Positions 22,401 through 35,000 of a stretch of DNA of 64,000 bases are shown here, one piece after another (position 1 is the first letter of the stretch; the number at the start of each line of letters is the position of its first letter). The DNA is from Bugula neritina. Its lineage: Eukaryota > Animalia > Bryozoa. Where the stretch lies: NCBI GenBank assembly GCA_964035545.1, contig OZ037770.1, forward strand, positions 10,360,973-10,424,972, read 5' to 3'. The translations under genes were made by a program, and so were the position numbers. The notes beneath the pieces were generated by a model. That model saw only the letters and a list, made by a program, of their open reading frames with translations, searched no databases and was not told the DNA's origin.

Positions 22401-24792
22401 GCAAGATAGCTATTAATTTTATTTAAGCTGTTGAGCTAAAAAATTAAAAGTGATTATCTTAAATTGGCTATATTACTTTACACTAAAAGCTTTGTTGCGT
22501 ATTGTTTACAAGCACCATTAATTTTTAGACATCAACAATCTTGTTTTTTAACCTCAGCAGCTTTAATCATCCAGATTTGTGAACAAATTATACTATTAAA
22601 GTACTCTTCACTTAAGAGGAGGCAACTCCGTGAGATCGATCTGACACTTCTCATGGAAAAACGATCGATCTGAGAGGTATGCTCAGATCGATCTCAGCGA
22701 GATCGATCTGAGATCGGTACATGGAAAGCCGGTGAATGTCTCTACAGGTCAAAGGTTAGTATACTAAACTAGAGCTGTGTCATGTCATGTCTCTAAAGGT
22801 CAAAGGTTAGTATACTAAACTAGAGCTGTATGATGTCATGTCTCTAAAATTCAAAGGTTAGTATACTAAACTAAAGCTGTGTGATGTCATGTCTCTACAG
22901 GTCACAGTAATAATTCTATTACGCAATTAAGCTTTTAGGTGAAGCTTGCAAGTGTAAAATGTATAAAACTGTTGTCCCCCTGGGACTCAACCACAAACCT
23001 CTGGCTTGTAAGCAGGCGTACTAACCTCTTGCACCACAGTGTAGTAGTACTCCTAAAAAGTTGAGTGGCCAGGGAAGCTTGAAGACTGAAGGAGTAGTAG
23101 AGAAGCCAGTGGAGTTCAGAGAACTGAGTGGGATGTACAGTGTTGTGATTATCCAGTGCCCCCTCCCCCCATGTGGTGTAATTGGTTAGCGCTCCTGCTT
23201 GCACGCTGGAGGTCTGTGGTTCGAGTCCCAGTGAGGACAACTATTTTACAAAATCCTCCAAAAAGCTGTAATTTTCAACAATATTTTCATTCCTACATTG
23301 CTGTATCAGCATTGCAATGCAAATATAAGATGAATGAAATGGTGCCTTATATACATAGTCGAATACATAGCCCATTAGCTGTGGTAGTAGATAATGACAA
23401 TAGCTACCTGAAAGCATTACATTAATTATATAATGAAGACCAATGTTCCAATTGTCTCTTTACTGGCTCTCTCTCTCTCTTCACTTTTATGATATGAGAT
23501 TGTGCTTTGCAGAGGAGATGAGAGAAATAGAGGCAGAACTGGTTCCTGCAGCAGACATGGTTATTAGTTTAGATCAAGAAGTGACAACTCCTACTCTTCC
23601 TAAATCTCTCAAACTCATAGAGTCTGTTGATGTTTCTGATGAATGTTTCTCTGTTTGTAAATATGCTGGAAACACTTATGTAGGGCTGAGTAATTGTGCA
23701 GGGATAGACAGAATAGATGAGAGTTTCAGTGTTTCCAAGTCTTTTGTTTCTGTTACTAACAATGTAAATGGAGTCACATTACATTGGAATAAGTTGTATG
23801 CTGTGCAGTACATTAGCAACACTAATTGGGAGGTACATGTGTATGATCTTACTGGGAAACAGGTGACCAGCTGGTCTCACCATGATAATAGTATGTATGT
23901 AAACAACCTTGCTATTGTTGATGATCAGGTTGTAGTTCCTGATAGACACAGTAAAAAGCTTACAGTCTACTCTCTTACTGGGGAGGTAATTAAACATGTC
24001 TCTTGCCCTCTACTCGGTGATAGTAATACAGCAATATGTGCAGCAGACAGACATTGTGTAGTAGTTTCTGACTCTGGTTCCTCTCAAGTATTTAAATTAG
24101 ACTTGACAACAGAGAAAGTCATCTGGACATGCAAGGATGTATCTCAACCAGAAGGTGTGACCTGCTATAAAAGTAAATATATTCTTGTGACTAACCGCAG
24201 CAGTAAAACCACCATCTGGATACTGGATGTGGAGACAGGTTAGTGATTCCAGTATTGTAATGCCTGCTGCAAAATATACTATAACATGTAAACTTTGTTC
24301 TGTACATCCACTACATATTACTATATAATTATATTGTATATTTTATACACAAACTACAATCAGTGAGTGAGTGTGTTAGTAAGCCATTTCATCACAAAAT
24401 TCGCACATATATTGTTTATATTGAAAATTAAAAGGATTTCTCTTAGCTACATGTACCTTCTAGTATGCTAGTATGCACTGTTTACACATATGCTCAATAA
24501 ACTATATAATAATGAATAATTACTTTTGAAGTTGCTATTTCAAAGGTGAAGTTTTATATATCCTAGTGTCATGGCATTGATTCCCCAGTATTACAGGCAT
24601 ATATTGAATATAATTTTGATAAAGCTATATGAAAAACATTAAACTTGTTATACTGTAGGTAGACAGTTATCTATGCTAGAAGATGCAACTGTTAGGAGTG
24701 ATAGTGATGTACTTGATCTCCATGTGTATAAAAACATGCTGATTGTACCCAGACGGAGTGAGAAGAAAGTTCTATTCTACCAACTCAACTGA
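16401..24792 (+). CDS. TRIM-like E3 ligase copy 2, ~606 aa
   Basis: Exons 16401-16558, 16706-16862, 17282-17465, 18265-18446, 20046-20216, 21712-21820, 23513-24238, 24659-24792; same phases as copy 1, same lengths except exon 7 (726 nt), no internal stop. Confidence 0.88.
18764..19875. mobile_element. Probable non-autonomous DNA transposon in intron 4 of copy 2
   Basis: Starts AGGGGTAACGGGGGCACAACGG, ends with loosely complementary CCCATTGTACCCATTA; not present in the other copies. Confidence 0.4.
20760..20858. repeat. 10-bp minisatellite (CACTGCAACA)n
   Basis: About 8 direct units visible; adjacent tRNA-like fragment at 20881-20968 (-). Confidence 0.85.
21146..21686. mobile_element. Non-autonomous hAT element with (GTAATT)n subterminal repeats
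   Basis: TIR CAGGGCTGGGGT / ACCCCAATCCTG; perfect 8-bp TSD GTTCCTAT; ends 25 nt upstream of exon 6. Confidence 0.85.
21781..22905 (+). repeat. 51-bp tandem repeat of the exon-6 end plus 5' splice site (7 units in copy 2; one interrupted by a MITE)
   Basis: Unit AAACTAGAGCTGTGTGATGTCATGTCTCTAAAGGTCAAAG/GTTAGTATACT; 2 units in copy 1 (~8294-8388), 3 in copy 3 (34210-35133), 3+ in copy 4 (58929-59086). Confidence 0.9.
21957..22734 (+). mobile_element. MITE, TIR CACCGGCTTTCCATGTACCGATCTCAG, many GATCGATCT subterminal repeats (CACTA/CMC-like, tentative)
   Basis: Perfect TIRs, 3-bp TSD AAT within a 51-bp repeat unit. Confidence 0.88.
22960..23250. repeat. Two divergently oriented tRNA-derived heads forming an inverted pair
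   Basis: 22960-23040 (-) and ~23168-23250 (+: GGTGTAATTGGTTAGCGC..CTTGCAC..GGTTCGAGTCCC) with complementary outer ends. Confidence 0.6.
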
Positions 24793-27460
24793 ACAGGTAT
24801 TATGTATATTGTAATAAGACTTTCATTCTATTACCTGCATTTGCAAACCTGCCTATTAATGAATGAATGAATGAACAGTAATGAGAGAAAAATTCAAGCT
24901 AGTTTCTAGTTTTTCTGGCCGGTCTTCTGGCACGATTTAACTAAATTGTTAGGTACGCTCACCCTGCTAGCTCGCAACAATTTTTTGTCCAACAGGAATC
25001 CTGCCTTTCTAGCATAGTTTTGTTACTTGCCTTTTGCAGCTCTATATAAGTAAAGTTAATATAATTATTTGCAATTTACAGGTGAGAATACTATAATTTT
25101 CATTCATCCTGAGTTGTTTTAATTTATTACAGGAAAATAGACTGATGTGGAACAGGAAGTAGTTTCTGCAGCAGACACATCTAGTTATTTGGTTTAGAAG
25201 GTGACAAGTGAAAAGGCAGCTGATTGGTCCATTCATCTGACCTAGTAACACTCTATGGTTACATTACCATGTCATTCATATGATACTTATTTTAACATTA
25301 TTCTATATTATCATACAGGACTGAGAACTAAGTAGTAGCAGTTATTTTATATTATCTTTCTTATAGGAGTGAAAACTCTGTAGTACATGCTTTCAAGTGA
25401 TAATCCAAAACAGTTATATTATATGTAGTATATATCTTTCAAGACTAATAAATGGCTTAAACTAGGAAATGACCTTTTATATCTACAGGGCAACAAGGCA
25501 TATATTGATGGTAGTGTTCACAAATTACTCTTTACGTGGTAACAGTAAATCAACAAATTCCAAATCCCACTAATGGTATATATATCATTTAACCAGCATA
25601 TTGTAAATAATATTGGAAACTTGCAATGTAATATTGTCTTAGTAATATTATGTACATCAAAGTGTAGTACACTGGCTTATAAACATTCAAGGGGCATGTT
25701 ATATTCCCTAGCATGTTATTAGTAAACAAAATATTATAAACATTATGAAGGCTCACTGCTGAGACTACCAATTGGCATATAATAAATAAATTTGCTGCTT
25801 CTAATATGCACTCAGTTTATCATATTGGAAGGACAACTCTAATCTACCATAAAATGCCTGTTTGAGCTTCTCGAAATTCAAATTTGGTAAACTTGTGTAA
25901 TTACACTGCTTGCAGTTTGTGTATATTTTTCTATGCAAATGCAAGTATTGCTCAGTTATTCAATGACTAGTATTTGGCTATGTGCTGCTACTTTCATATA
26001 ATAGAGAAAGCATTAGCCAATTGACTTCATCACATAATTCCTACTGAGGAAGGGCGTGACTACAATAAGGAATTACAGCTGGCATTCTAGTAGTAGGTAA
26101 TCCACTGTTGCTTTACAATCATATATAGAAATGATTAGCCAATAGGAATCATCACATTCTGACTGACAAGGGGCGTGGTTACAAGAAACAATAATTCAAG
26201 TTGGTATAAATTATTCAAAGTTTATTTACAGGCTACAGGTAAAATATTACTATTTCATAATGAATAGCTACACTATGAAGTAGAAGCTAAAGTACAGCAT
26301 TGTACAGAATCATTAAAACATGATGAGTAGAATTATAACTTACTGACCTTACTGGAAAATATACACAATAGTTGAGTATGTGAATTACTGGTTGTATAAT
26401 AGTGAAGCAGCTTTACATGATAAGATGGTAGAAAAAACTTTTTCTATAAGCAGCTCATTAGTTTGCGGTTCTCAGATGGGAAGTTTACATTTGAACTCCA
26501 AGTTTGAGACTCTAAAACTACTGCACTTAGTCACCCCAACTCAGGGCTGCTTATTGATGATGTCATTAAAAAATGTACCATGGTCAACAGAAATCTACTG
26601 ACAGATATATACATGAAAAGTGTAGGAAAATATACTTACTGGATATAGCACAACGAGGTAGTAGAGTGTGTGAGATATTATTGTTATGAGGTCAAGGTCA
26701 AATGGCTCCAACAGCATTATGTTTAAAATTGGCTGTAAGCAAACAAAACTACATAAAATATTAGATTAGACAGAGAAGGGGGTTGATGTATAGGTGTGTG
26801 TGAATTGTACTTTTCAAAATGGCTGCTACCAACATGTTGGAGTGTAGTGTGTTGGTTGAAGTAGAAACTCACAGCAAGTGTGAAAAAAACAGAAAGACAA
26901 TTAAAGGATAGAAGGGAGTTTTTGCATAAAACACACCCGGATGTAGGGAAATATGATAGCCTCAGTACCTATACAATCACTTGTCAAGGAGGGGGTGACT
27001 CTTACTCTGATGTATATATGTTGAGGAACTCAACTAATTCTTTAGCACCTCAGGACTTACAATGTTATTAAAATTTACAGTGAAGTATATTTTATAATAT
27101 TGCTATGTATCTGTTGATGAATCTTTCACCAGCTAGGTCCTTTATGTTCTAGTACAATGTTTCTCTATAATATGTCACTTTATATTACTCATTGTAATTC
27201 ATATGCTAATGAAGTGAATATAAATAAAGTATAATTAATAAACTCTTACAATTCAGAGCATGTATATCAAATGTCAATATATCTTCTGTAGACCTGGGGG
27301 AGTAGACTGTTGCATCAGAACTGAATAATTAAATATATAATATAATTATTTTCTCATCATGCTGCAGTATAGACATTCTTCAGCCCTGATATTTCCTAAC
27401 TATAGAGTTATACTTAATTATAGTTGATAGTCAACTGCACATATTATTAGTGCTACACAC

Positions 27461-27536
27461 TGTAAAATAATTGCCCCCATTCGAACCACAAACCTCCAGC
27501 TTGCAAGCAGGCACGCTAACCAATTACGCTACAGGG
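27461..27536 (-). repeat. tRNA-derived SINE head (paralogous to 13888)
   Basis: Near-identical sequence and context. Confidence 0.6.
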
Positions 27537-27964
27537 GTTTCGGAATTCCAAGCAACACACACCAGATATATATGTCTACAAGTACATGATTATAACCCCA
27601 TAATCATTACTAAATATAGTTTCAAACTCTTTAATTTAGTGAGAAAGATAAAATATTATAATGTGCTAATATTTAATGTCATGGTGAGGTATAAAACACA
27701 TGATGAGATAAACAAGCTTTAAAACTATTTCCTATTTGTTGTGTTTGTCATGTATTATAATACAATGGTATTGCGCAGACTTTGTTTGCTCTTTGATGGT
27801 TGTAGTTGTATGATTATAGCAAGCCAGTCATTTGTTCCTGTCAATTATTGCAGTTTTTAGGACTTATACAGTTGCTAGAATTTTATAAGCATATTTAGAA
27901 AAATGCAAAATTTATTTCATTTCAAAATAATAAAATAATTTAGTATAATAATAATTGTCTAATG

Positions 27965-28320
27965 ATGTGTCAAAACGTTGTATAGCCTTGCAGGCTACGG
28001 CCTTTTGCATATAATAGTAATAGTATTATGGTAAGGAACAGGGATGCCCATAAGCGCAGGATGTAGAAGTAAGACAACCCCGTGCGCTCGTCGGAGAACT
28101 AGAAAAGGTTAAAATGGGAGTCGCGCGCTTTCACTCATAAAATAATATCCGGTTGCTATCTTCCGTTGGGGAATTTCCCGAACGCCATTACTAACTTTAG
28201 TCATTAGTGTCAGTATTCTGCTGAATTGCTGATAAAGTTTTAGTTGACTAAATAAAACTAACTTTCAGAGTGATTAGTGACTCAAAAATGATTCAATCAC
28301 ACGCTCCAGCTACTGTAATT
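27965..28320 (+). promoter_or_regulatory. Putative promoter of copy 3 with kB site GGGAATTTCC (28169-28178)
   Basis: Near-identical to 14400-14740. Confidence 0.55.
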
Positions 28321-30009
28321 TAACAAAATGCAGTGCTAAATTGTCATTCACTTGCAATTTGCCGCGCTTCTACTTGCCACTTTATCACTTATTACTTAAT
28401 CTTATTACAATAGTACTAGTAGTATTACTATTAGTATTAGTAGTAGTAATAATACTAGTAGTACTTTAATAGTAGTAGTACTACTAGTGAATTACTAGTT
28501 TTCTACTAGCAGTACTATTACTAGTACTACATTAGTACTAGTAGTAATACTGGTGGTAGTACTTGGCACTATCACTCTATGGGCATGGCAATTGATTTAC
28601 AATTCATTTTCATTTTAAATTTGACTTTCATATTCAACATTGGTTATGAATTAAAATATCATTATGAGTATCACTTTTAGACTCAGTATGAGTATCAGCA
28701 TGACTATGAGACATGAGGTTAAGTTAGAGTATTCATTGATTAAATTTAATAGTATCACTATTAGTTTTAGTATCACTCTGACTTATAGTTAAAAAATTAG
28801 TATTAGTAATAGTATCACTGATACTAATACTAATGCTAATACTGTAATAGTATTACAGTATTACGACTACTACAACTGTTAGAATCATTATCATATTCAT
28901 ACTCATAGCCATAGTGACCCTGTCTACTTATAGTTACACTAATACTAATAGTAACATTATCATATGACTAACTCTTTTCGAAATAGAATGTGATTAATGA
29001 AAGTGCATGTGAGTGATTATCATTATGACTTACGCTATCACTCTGACTATGGTTGTTTTGCTGCGTGTTTGTTGGTAACCACTACCCTAACCAATAATCA
29101 TTATAAATATAAGCCTGTTTAAAACTTTAAGATTATTACTATAACTATGGATATGGCATTGTAGGTGTCAGTATAACAACTAGAAGTATCATAACCTGTA
29201 AGTTAACATGTTTGTTGTAATTAATGAATAAATGATTAAATCATTGTCATTAGTGTTATGAATAATAACCTATAAGTGTGAGTATCAATATGAGTATAAG
29301 TATGATTATCTGAAAACCAAAACATATAATACTGAGTCTTATACTTATAGTTACTATAAGTATGAGACTCCCAGTATTACTATTCAGGTTGATATTTACC
29401 TGCATTAGCCATTCACTGAATCAATAACTTTAAGTATCAACATATAGTTAAGATCGACTATGAATATCAAAATGAAGACCACTGTTAAGTGTTAGTGATT
29501 ATTAGTATCACTCTGACTATCCATATTATTAAGAGTGGAAGTAACAATATCCTTATTCTATGTTCTAAATATAAGTTTTTGAATTTATTGTGAATATTTG
29601 TAACTACGTGACATAGTACAATATGTGTACAGCATCTAGTTGGTTAATCAAATTATGGAAATCTTTTCGATTCAATAGTTGAAAATTTTAAGCAAATCAA
29701 GTCAAATGATTTTATCAAATTAATTGGCACTAAATATCCACTGCTTATACCTATTTTTTACTTTTAATCTGCCTCTTTTGTTTTGCTTTTTGATATTTGA
29801 AAGGCATGCAGTTTCAATTCATGGGGTTTCACTGTAACTCAGTAATTTAGTCCTGGTTCTTGATAGTACACATAATAAATGTATTTTAAATGTTTCTAGA
29901 ATATTTTTGTTTGTTATATTTTTCCCTTACAATTCTTTGTTGAAACATGTTTCTAAGAAAAATTGTTTTTATGTAAAGCTTACATTTCTATTTTATAGGG
30001 TAGGTCTAA

Positions 30010-31814
30010 ATGGCGGAGGCCGCAGTGGAAAAAGTTGAGTGTGGATTCTGTTTACTTGAAGAAGGTTTAGAGAATCCCAAGTGTCTACCATGTGGTCATG
30101 TACACTGTTTACTATGTCTTACTCGTAATGTTGATGTGAATGACATGATCAGGTGTCCCTGGTGTAGGTAAGTTAGTTTTACATAGGCAGAGCTGAGACA
30201 TACTGTTGGTAAAGAGTTATGATTTACATCATATGTTTTTCCTTATATTAATTTGTTGCATTCTGTTATATATAGTTTTAAATATTACAAAGTAATAATG
30301 TGTCTTGTCACAGGGAAGTGTTTGATGTGAGAGTGGAGAATCTTCCATCTGCTGATGTAGAGGACAACTCCGTATCATGTGACGTGTGCACTAAGAAAGG
30401 GATAGAGAAAGTACCAGCAGTAACTTACTGCACTGTGTGCCGTAAACTCCTCTGCAGAAAACATGATGAGGTATTTATTTGATAATATAACTATTAATTA
30501 CTATTCAAGTTATGCACCATGCTTTTTGTAAGCTATTTGCAAACCATGCTGTTTGTAAGCCTATTACGTTTGTTTTTTCTTTGAGATATATTTCATGTTA
30601 AATATGTCTTCTGTTATACTCAGTCACATGATGACACCAATGACGACCACCAGAAGATGACCATCTCTGACTACAGAATACAAGCCAAGAGAATGGAGAA
30701 AAGAGTTTGTCCCAAACACACAGCATATCCCTACATTCTAGGATGTAAACTATGCATTCAGCTGTTCTGTGTGCAGTGTGCATCTTCAACAAACTTATGT
30801 GTTGGAGGTAAGGGATTCTTGTGGTTTTATTTTATGCTATAGTTATCTGTCAACTTATTGTAGTTGGATTTATGTAACTTTTGTTTTTTTGGTAGCTGGA
30901 GATAATACATTTGTTAACTTTATAAATGAATTTGAATCTTTTTAAACTATGTCAAAATGTAGAAATTTTTCGCAGAAATTAAATAGTAAAAACGACTTGG
31001 CTGAGAAAATGCCATGACAGAGTTGGAAAAGCCGTATTTGATTAATAAGTATTGATCTTAAAATATCTTGACCCTATTTTATTATTCTCTTTTTCATGTA
31101 GCATGTTTTGTCATTATTTTACTCTAGTCTTCGTCTGTTAGCAGACTCAAATACTAAATTTTACACCAGTAACTTGATTTTATTGGCTATATTCTGTATA
31201 TAGTAACTTTTCTTCCATTGGAGCTCAACCAGTATTAGTTCAAACTTGTGTAAACTCTAATCATTTGAAATTATTTTTTTACAATCAATTTGTAATTTAA
31301 AAAATAACTGACCTGTGCAGATTGAAATGAATCTGTATTGTATTACACAGATTCTGAGCATAAGCTGGTTAATTTGGATGACTTAATTAAAGACCTGATC
31401 AATATTGATGAATTGACTTCTGCAGAAGACAAGATGTCCGACCACTTCAAACAATTATCTCAAACTTTATCTGATTTTGATACTGAGACCAGTGAATTGT
31501 TAAATATTCTTCATACACAGCGAGATGAACATGTAAGATAGTTATTTGTGTAATAAATTCAATATGATTAGGTTTTTAAAACATGCCTCAACTTGATATT
31601 TTCTTAGCTTTATATTTGCTTTGAAGGCTAATTAACTAAACCCTTAACTTGATATTTTCTAAGCCGCCACTTCTTTGTTGTAGCATCTAGAATGGTGACT
31701 TTTAGCATGTAGACATTCTATAGTGTCCTTATAAGTCACAATATTTTCTAGTTTGTTCTGACCAACAGAACTTTTTTCACAGTCCTGAAAGTAATTAAGG
31801 GGATTTATATTATA

Positions 31815-31904
<90 letters not shown>

Positions 31905-31953
31905 TATATATATATGTATATATATATATATTTATAATATATATATGTATATA

Positions 31954-32048
<95 letters not shown>

Positions 32049-35000
32049 GTTTATATTATAAGCTGCCACTTCAGCATTGGTCAATGACCAAAAGCACAAA
32101 AATGCTTTCAAGTTCTTTTTTTTCAAATTTTATCATAAAGAAATGTTTTTTTTTATTTTTTTTCGGAATGCTAATTAATATGTGTGCTTATATCAAAATA
32201 TTTATCTCCTAAAAGAACAGTTCCATAACATTGTTGGGATTTTATGTAGCAGTCAAACTTGAAATTTGTATTGACTTTGCTCTCTATATTATGATCTAAC
32301 TAAATCCCTACTAGGAGGAAACAACCCTTAATTGTAAATTGAGTACCAGAGGTATTGGAAAACCATTTTTTGTAATTGTAAGTTATGTGCATCTTCTAAC
32401 AAAAGGAAAACTTTGAGAGAAGTGGGTACAGCCAACTTTTCTTTTTCACTTCTTTAGCTGCACTGACTCATACCATAATGAAAATAGGTAACAGTTAAAA
32501 AGCTATTGCCATAAAGCTTTCAAAAAAAGCTCCTGTCACACATGTTATCAAATGTATGCTTTAGTTGACAGAAGTGAGACTAAAGTATGAGAAACTGGAA
32601 AAGGAATTCTTAGCTAGTAGAAAGAAGACTAAAGAGGAACTGGACAGATACATGGAGAAAGAAGTTGAAACTGTTTTGTCTCAACTGAGTAACAGTAGAA
32701 TGAAGATAAAAGCTCAACTTAGACAAAACCATCAGGTGTGTGTAGAAGTTAAAATTTTATATCCTCAGCAAAGCTGAGTTATGTTTACTAGGTTCCTGTT
32801 TTGTGATGGTTTTATATAATAATTGTAACTATCGATGTTTTGTAGACCTATTCATTCGCTTAGAAAGCAAGCAATGATGTCATTCAGCATAAGTGTATCG
32901 TTCATTCAGGATTAGCAATGTTGGAATTTTGACCAGTTGTCAGTCTGCATCTATTCACTTTAAACCTGAATACCAATATAGTTTGCAAAAATTTGTTTAA
33001 TTTTTTTTTATTCTCAATAGTGCAAGGAACTTATATATTAGTGTATGTAATATGATACTATTTTTCATACAATGATATATTTACATAATACTGTGTGCGT
33101 TACAAATTTACCATCTTTCACTTCAGTCATGAATATATTCTGTTTCAGTTATAAAAAAAGTTACAAAGAGATGTGAAGTATGTCTTTGTTATTGTGTATC
33201 TGCTTAGCAACTGTTATATGTTATATTATATACAGCGTGTTGTACTAATTAGCAATATCCACTGCTAGTAATACATTTGATGCAGAATAATCACGGGCTT
33301 TCCATGTACCGATCTCAGATCGATCTTGCTGAGATCGATCTGAGACATGTGCTCAGATCGATCGTTTTTCCATGAGAGTGTCAGATCGATCTCTCGAAGT
33401 TGCCTCCTCTTAAGTGAAGGATACTTTAAAAGTATAATTTGTTCACCTATTTGAGTGATTAAAGCTACTACTGTTGAAAACAAGATGGTCATAGTCTAAA
33501 GTTTAATCCCAGCTATAAACTATACGCAGCAAAGCTTTCAGTGTATAGTAATTTGGCCAATTTAAAATAATTAATTTTAATTTTTTAGCTTGACAGCTTA
33601 TATAAAATTAATGGCTGTCTTGCAAATTATTAATAAACTTACAGGACTGTTAGGCTTAAAATTACAAAGAAAATAGCTAATGAAACTAAGTTTTAATAGT
33701 CATTTAAATTCAATTTAAATTCTCCCATTTTTTTACCTTCTACTGCATATAATTGAGTTTTCCTAATCATTGTACTGAAAGTCAAAGTTTTGGCATCTGA
33801 AAAGGTGGCTATCATAATTATTTATTACTTTGCTTAGTAATTATCAATAAGTTATCATTTTTATTAGCAGACAACATTGTAGCGCACAGTCTTTTTCTAC
33901 TTCTCAGATCGATCTGGCGTCTTTCCATGGTCTTATTGACATGAGATCGATCTGAGTTCGAGCTCCACAGACCGACCAGCTCAGATCGACGGAGATCGAT
34001 ATTTGGTGTCTTTCCATAGATCGATCTGAGATCGGTACATGGAAAGCCGGTGATTATGAGCAGCCGTAGAGAGATATGAAGTAGGTCTTGGTAATTGTGT
34101 ATCTGTCTAGCAACTGTTCATATGTGGTCACATGTTACAGGTGGATCTAGTTGAAGGATTTGCAGAAATTGAACACAGAATACAGAGACTGATATCTGTT
34201 GAAATACCTAAACTAGAGCTGTGTGATGTCATGTCTCTAAAGGTCAAAGGTTAGTATACTAAACTAGAGCTGTATGATATCATCACCGGCTTTCCATGTA
34301 CCGATCTCAGATCGATCTCGCTGAGATCGATCTGAGCATACCTCTCAGATCGATCGTTTTTCCATGAGAAGTGTCAGATCGATCTCACGGAGTTGCCTCC
34401 TCTTAAGTGAAGAGTACTTTAATAGTATAATTTGTTCACAAATCTGGATGATTAAAGCTGCTGAGGTTAAAAAACAAGATTGTTGATGTCTAAAAATTAA
34501 TGGTGCTTGTAAACAATACGCAACAAAGCTTTTAGTGTAACGTAATATAGCCAATTTAAGATAATCACTTTTAATTTTTTAGCTCAACAGCTTAAATAAA
34601 ATTAATAGCTATCTTGCAGATTATTCATAAACTTACAGGATTGTTAAGCTTGAAATTACGCAGCAAATAACTAATGAAAGTAAGTTTTACTAGTCATTTA
34701 AATTCAATTTAAATGCTCCAATTTTTTGTAATTTCTATGGACTATAATTTTATATAATTGAGTTTTTTTAATCATAGTACTGAAAGTCAAAGTTTTGGCA
34801 TCTGAAAATGTGGCTATCGTAATTATTAAGTAATTTGCTTAGTAATTATCAATAAGTTGTCATTTTTATCAGCAGACAACATTTTAGCGAACAGTCTTTT
34901 TCTACTTCTCAGATCGATCTGGAGTCTTTCCATGGATCGATCTCACTGAGATCGATCTGAGTTCGAGCTCTACAGACCGACCAGCTCAGAACGACTGAGA

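Noticed and set aside
21781-22905. CRISPR-like array from the 51-bp repeats
   Set aside because: Units are contiguous with no unique spacers, there are no cas genes, and the context is a eukaryotic intron.
23168-23240. Functional tRNA-Ala gene (also 13888, 20881, 27461, 63288, ~11845-11910)
   Set aside because: A and B boxes are recognisable but stems do not pair cleanly; treated as SINE or pseudo-tRNA.
26715-26860. Match to window positions 1-70 as an additional gene exon
   Set aside because: No ORF or splice signals; most likely a fragment of a dispersed repeat.
31932-32126. IYIYIY ORF
   Set aside because: (TA)n microsatellite.
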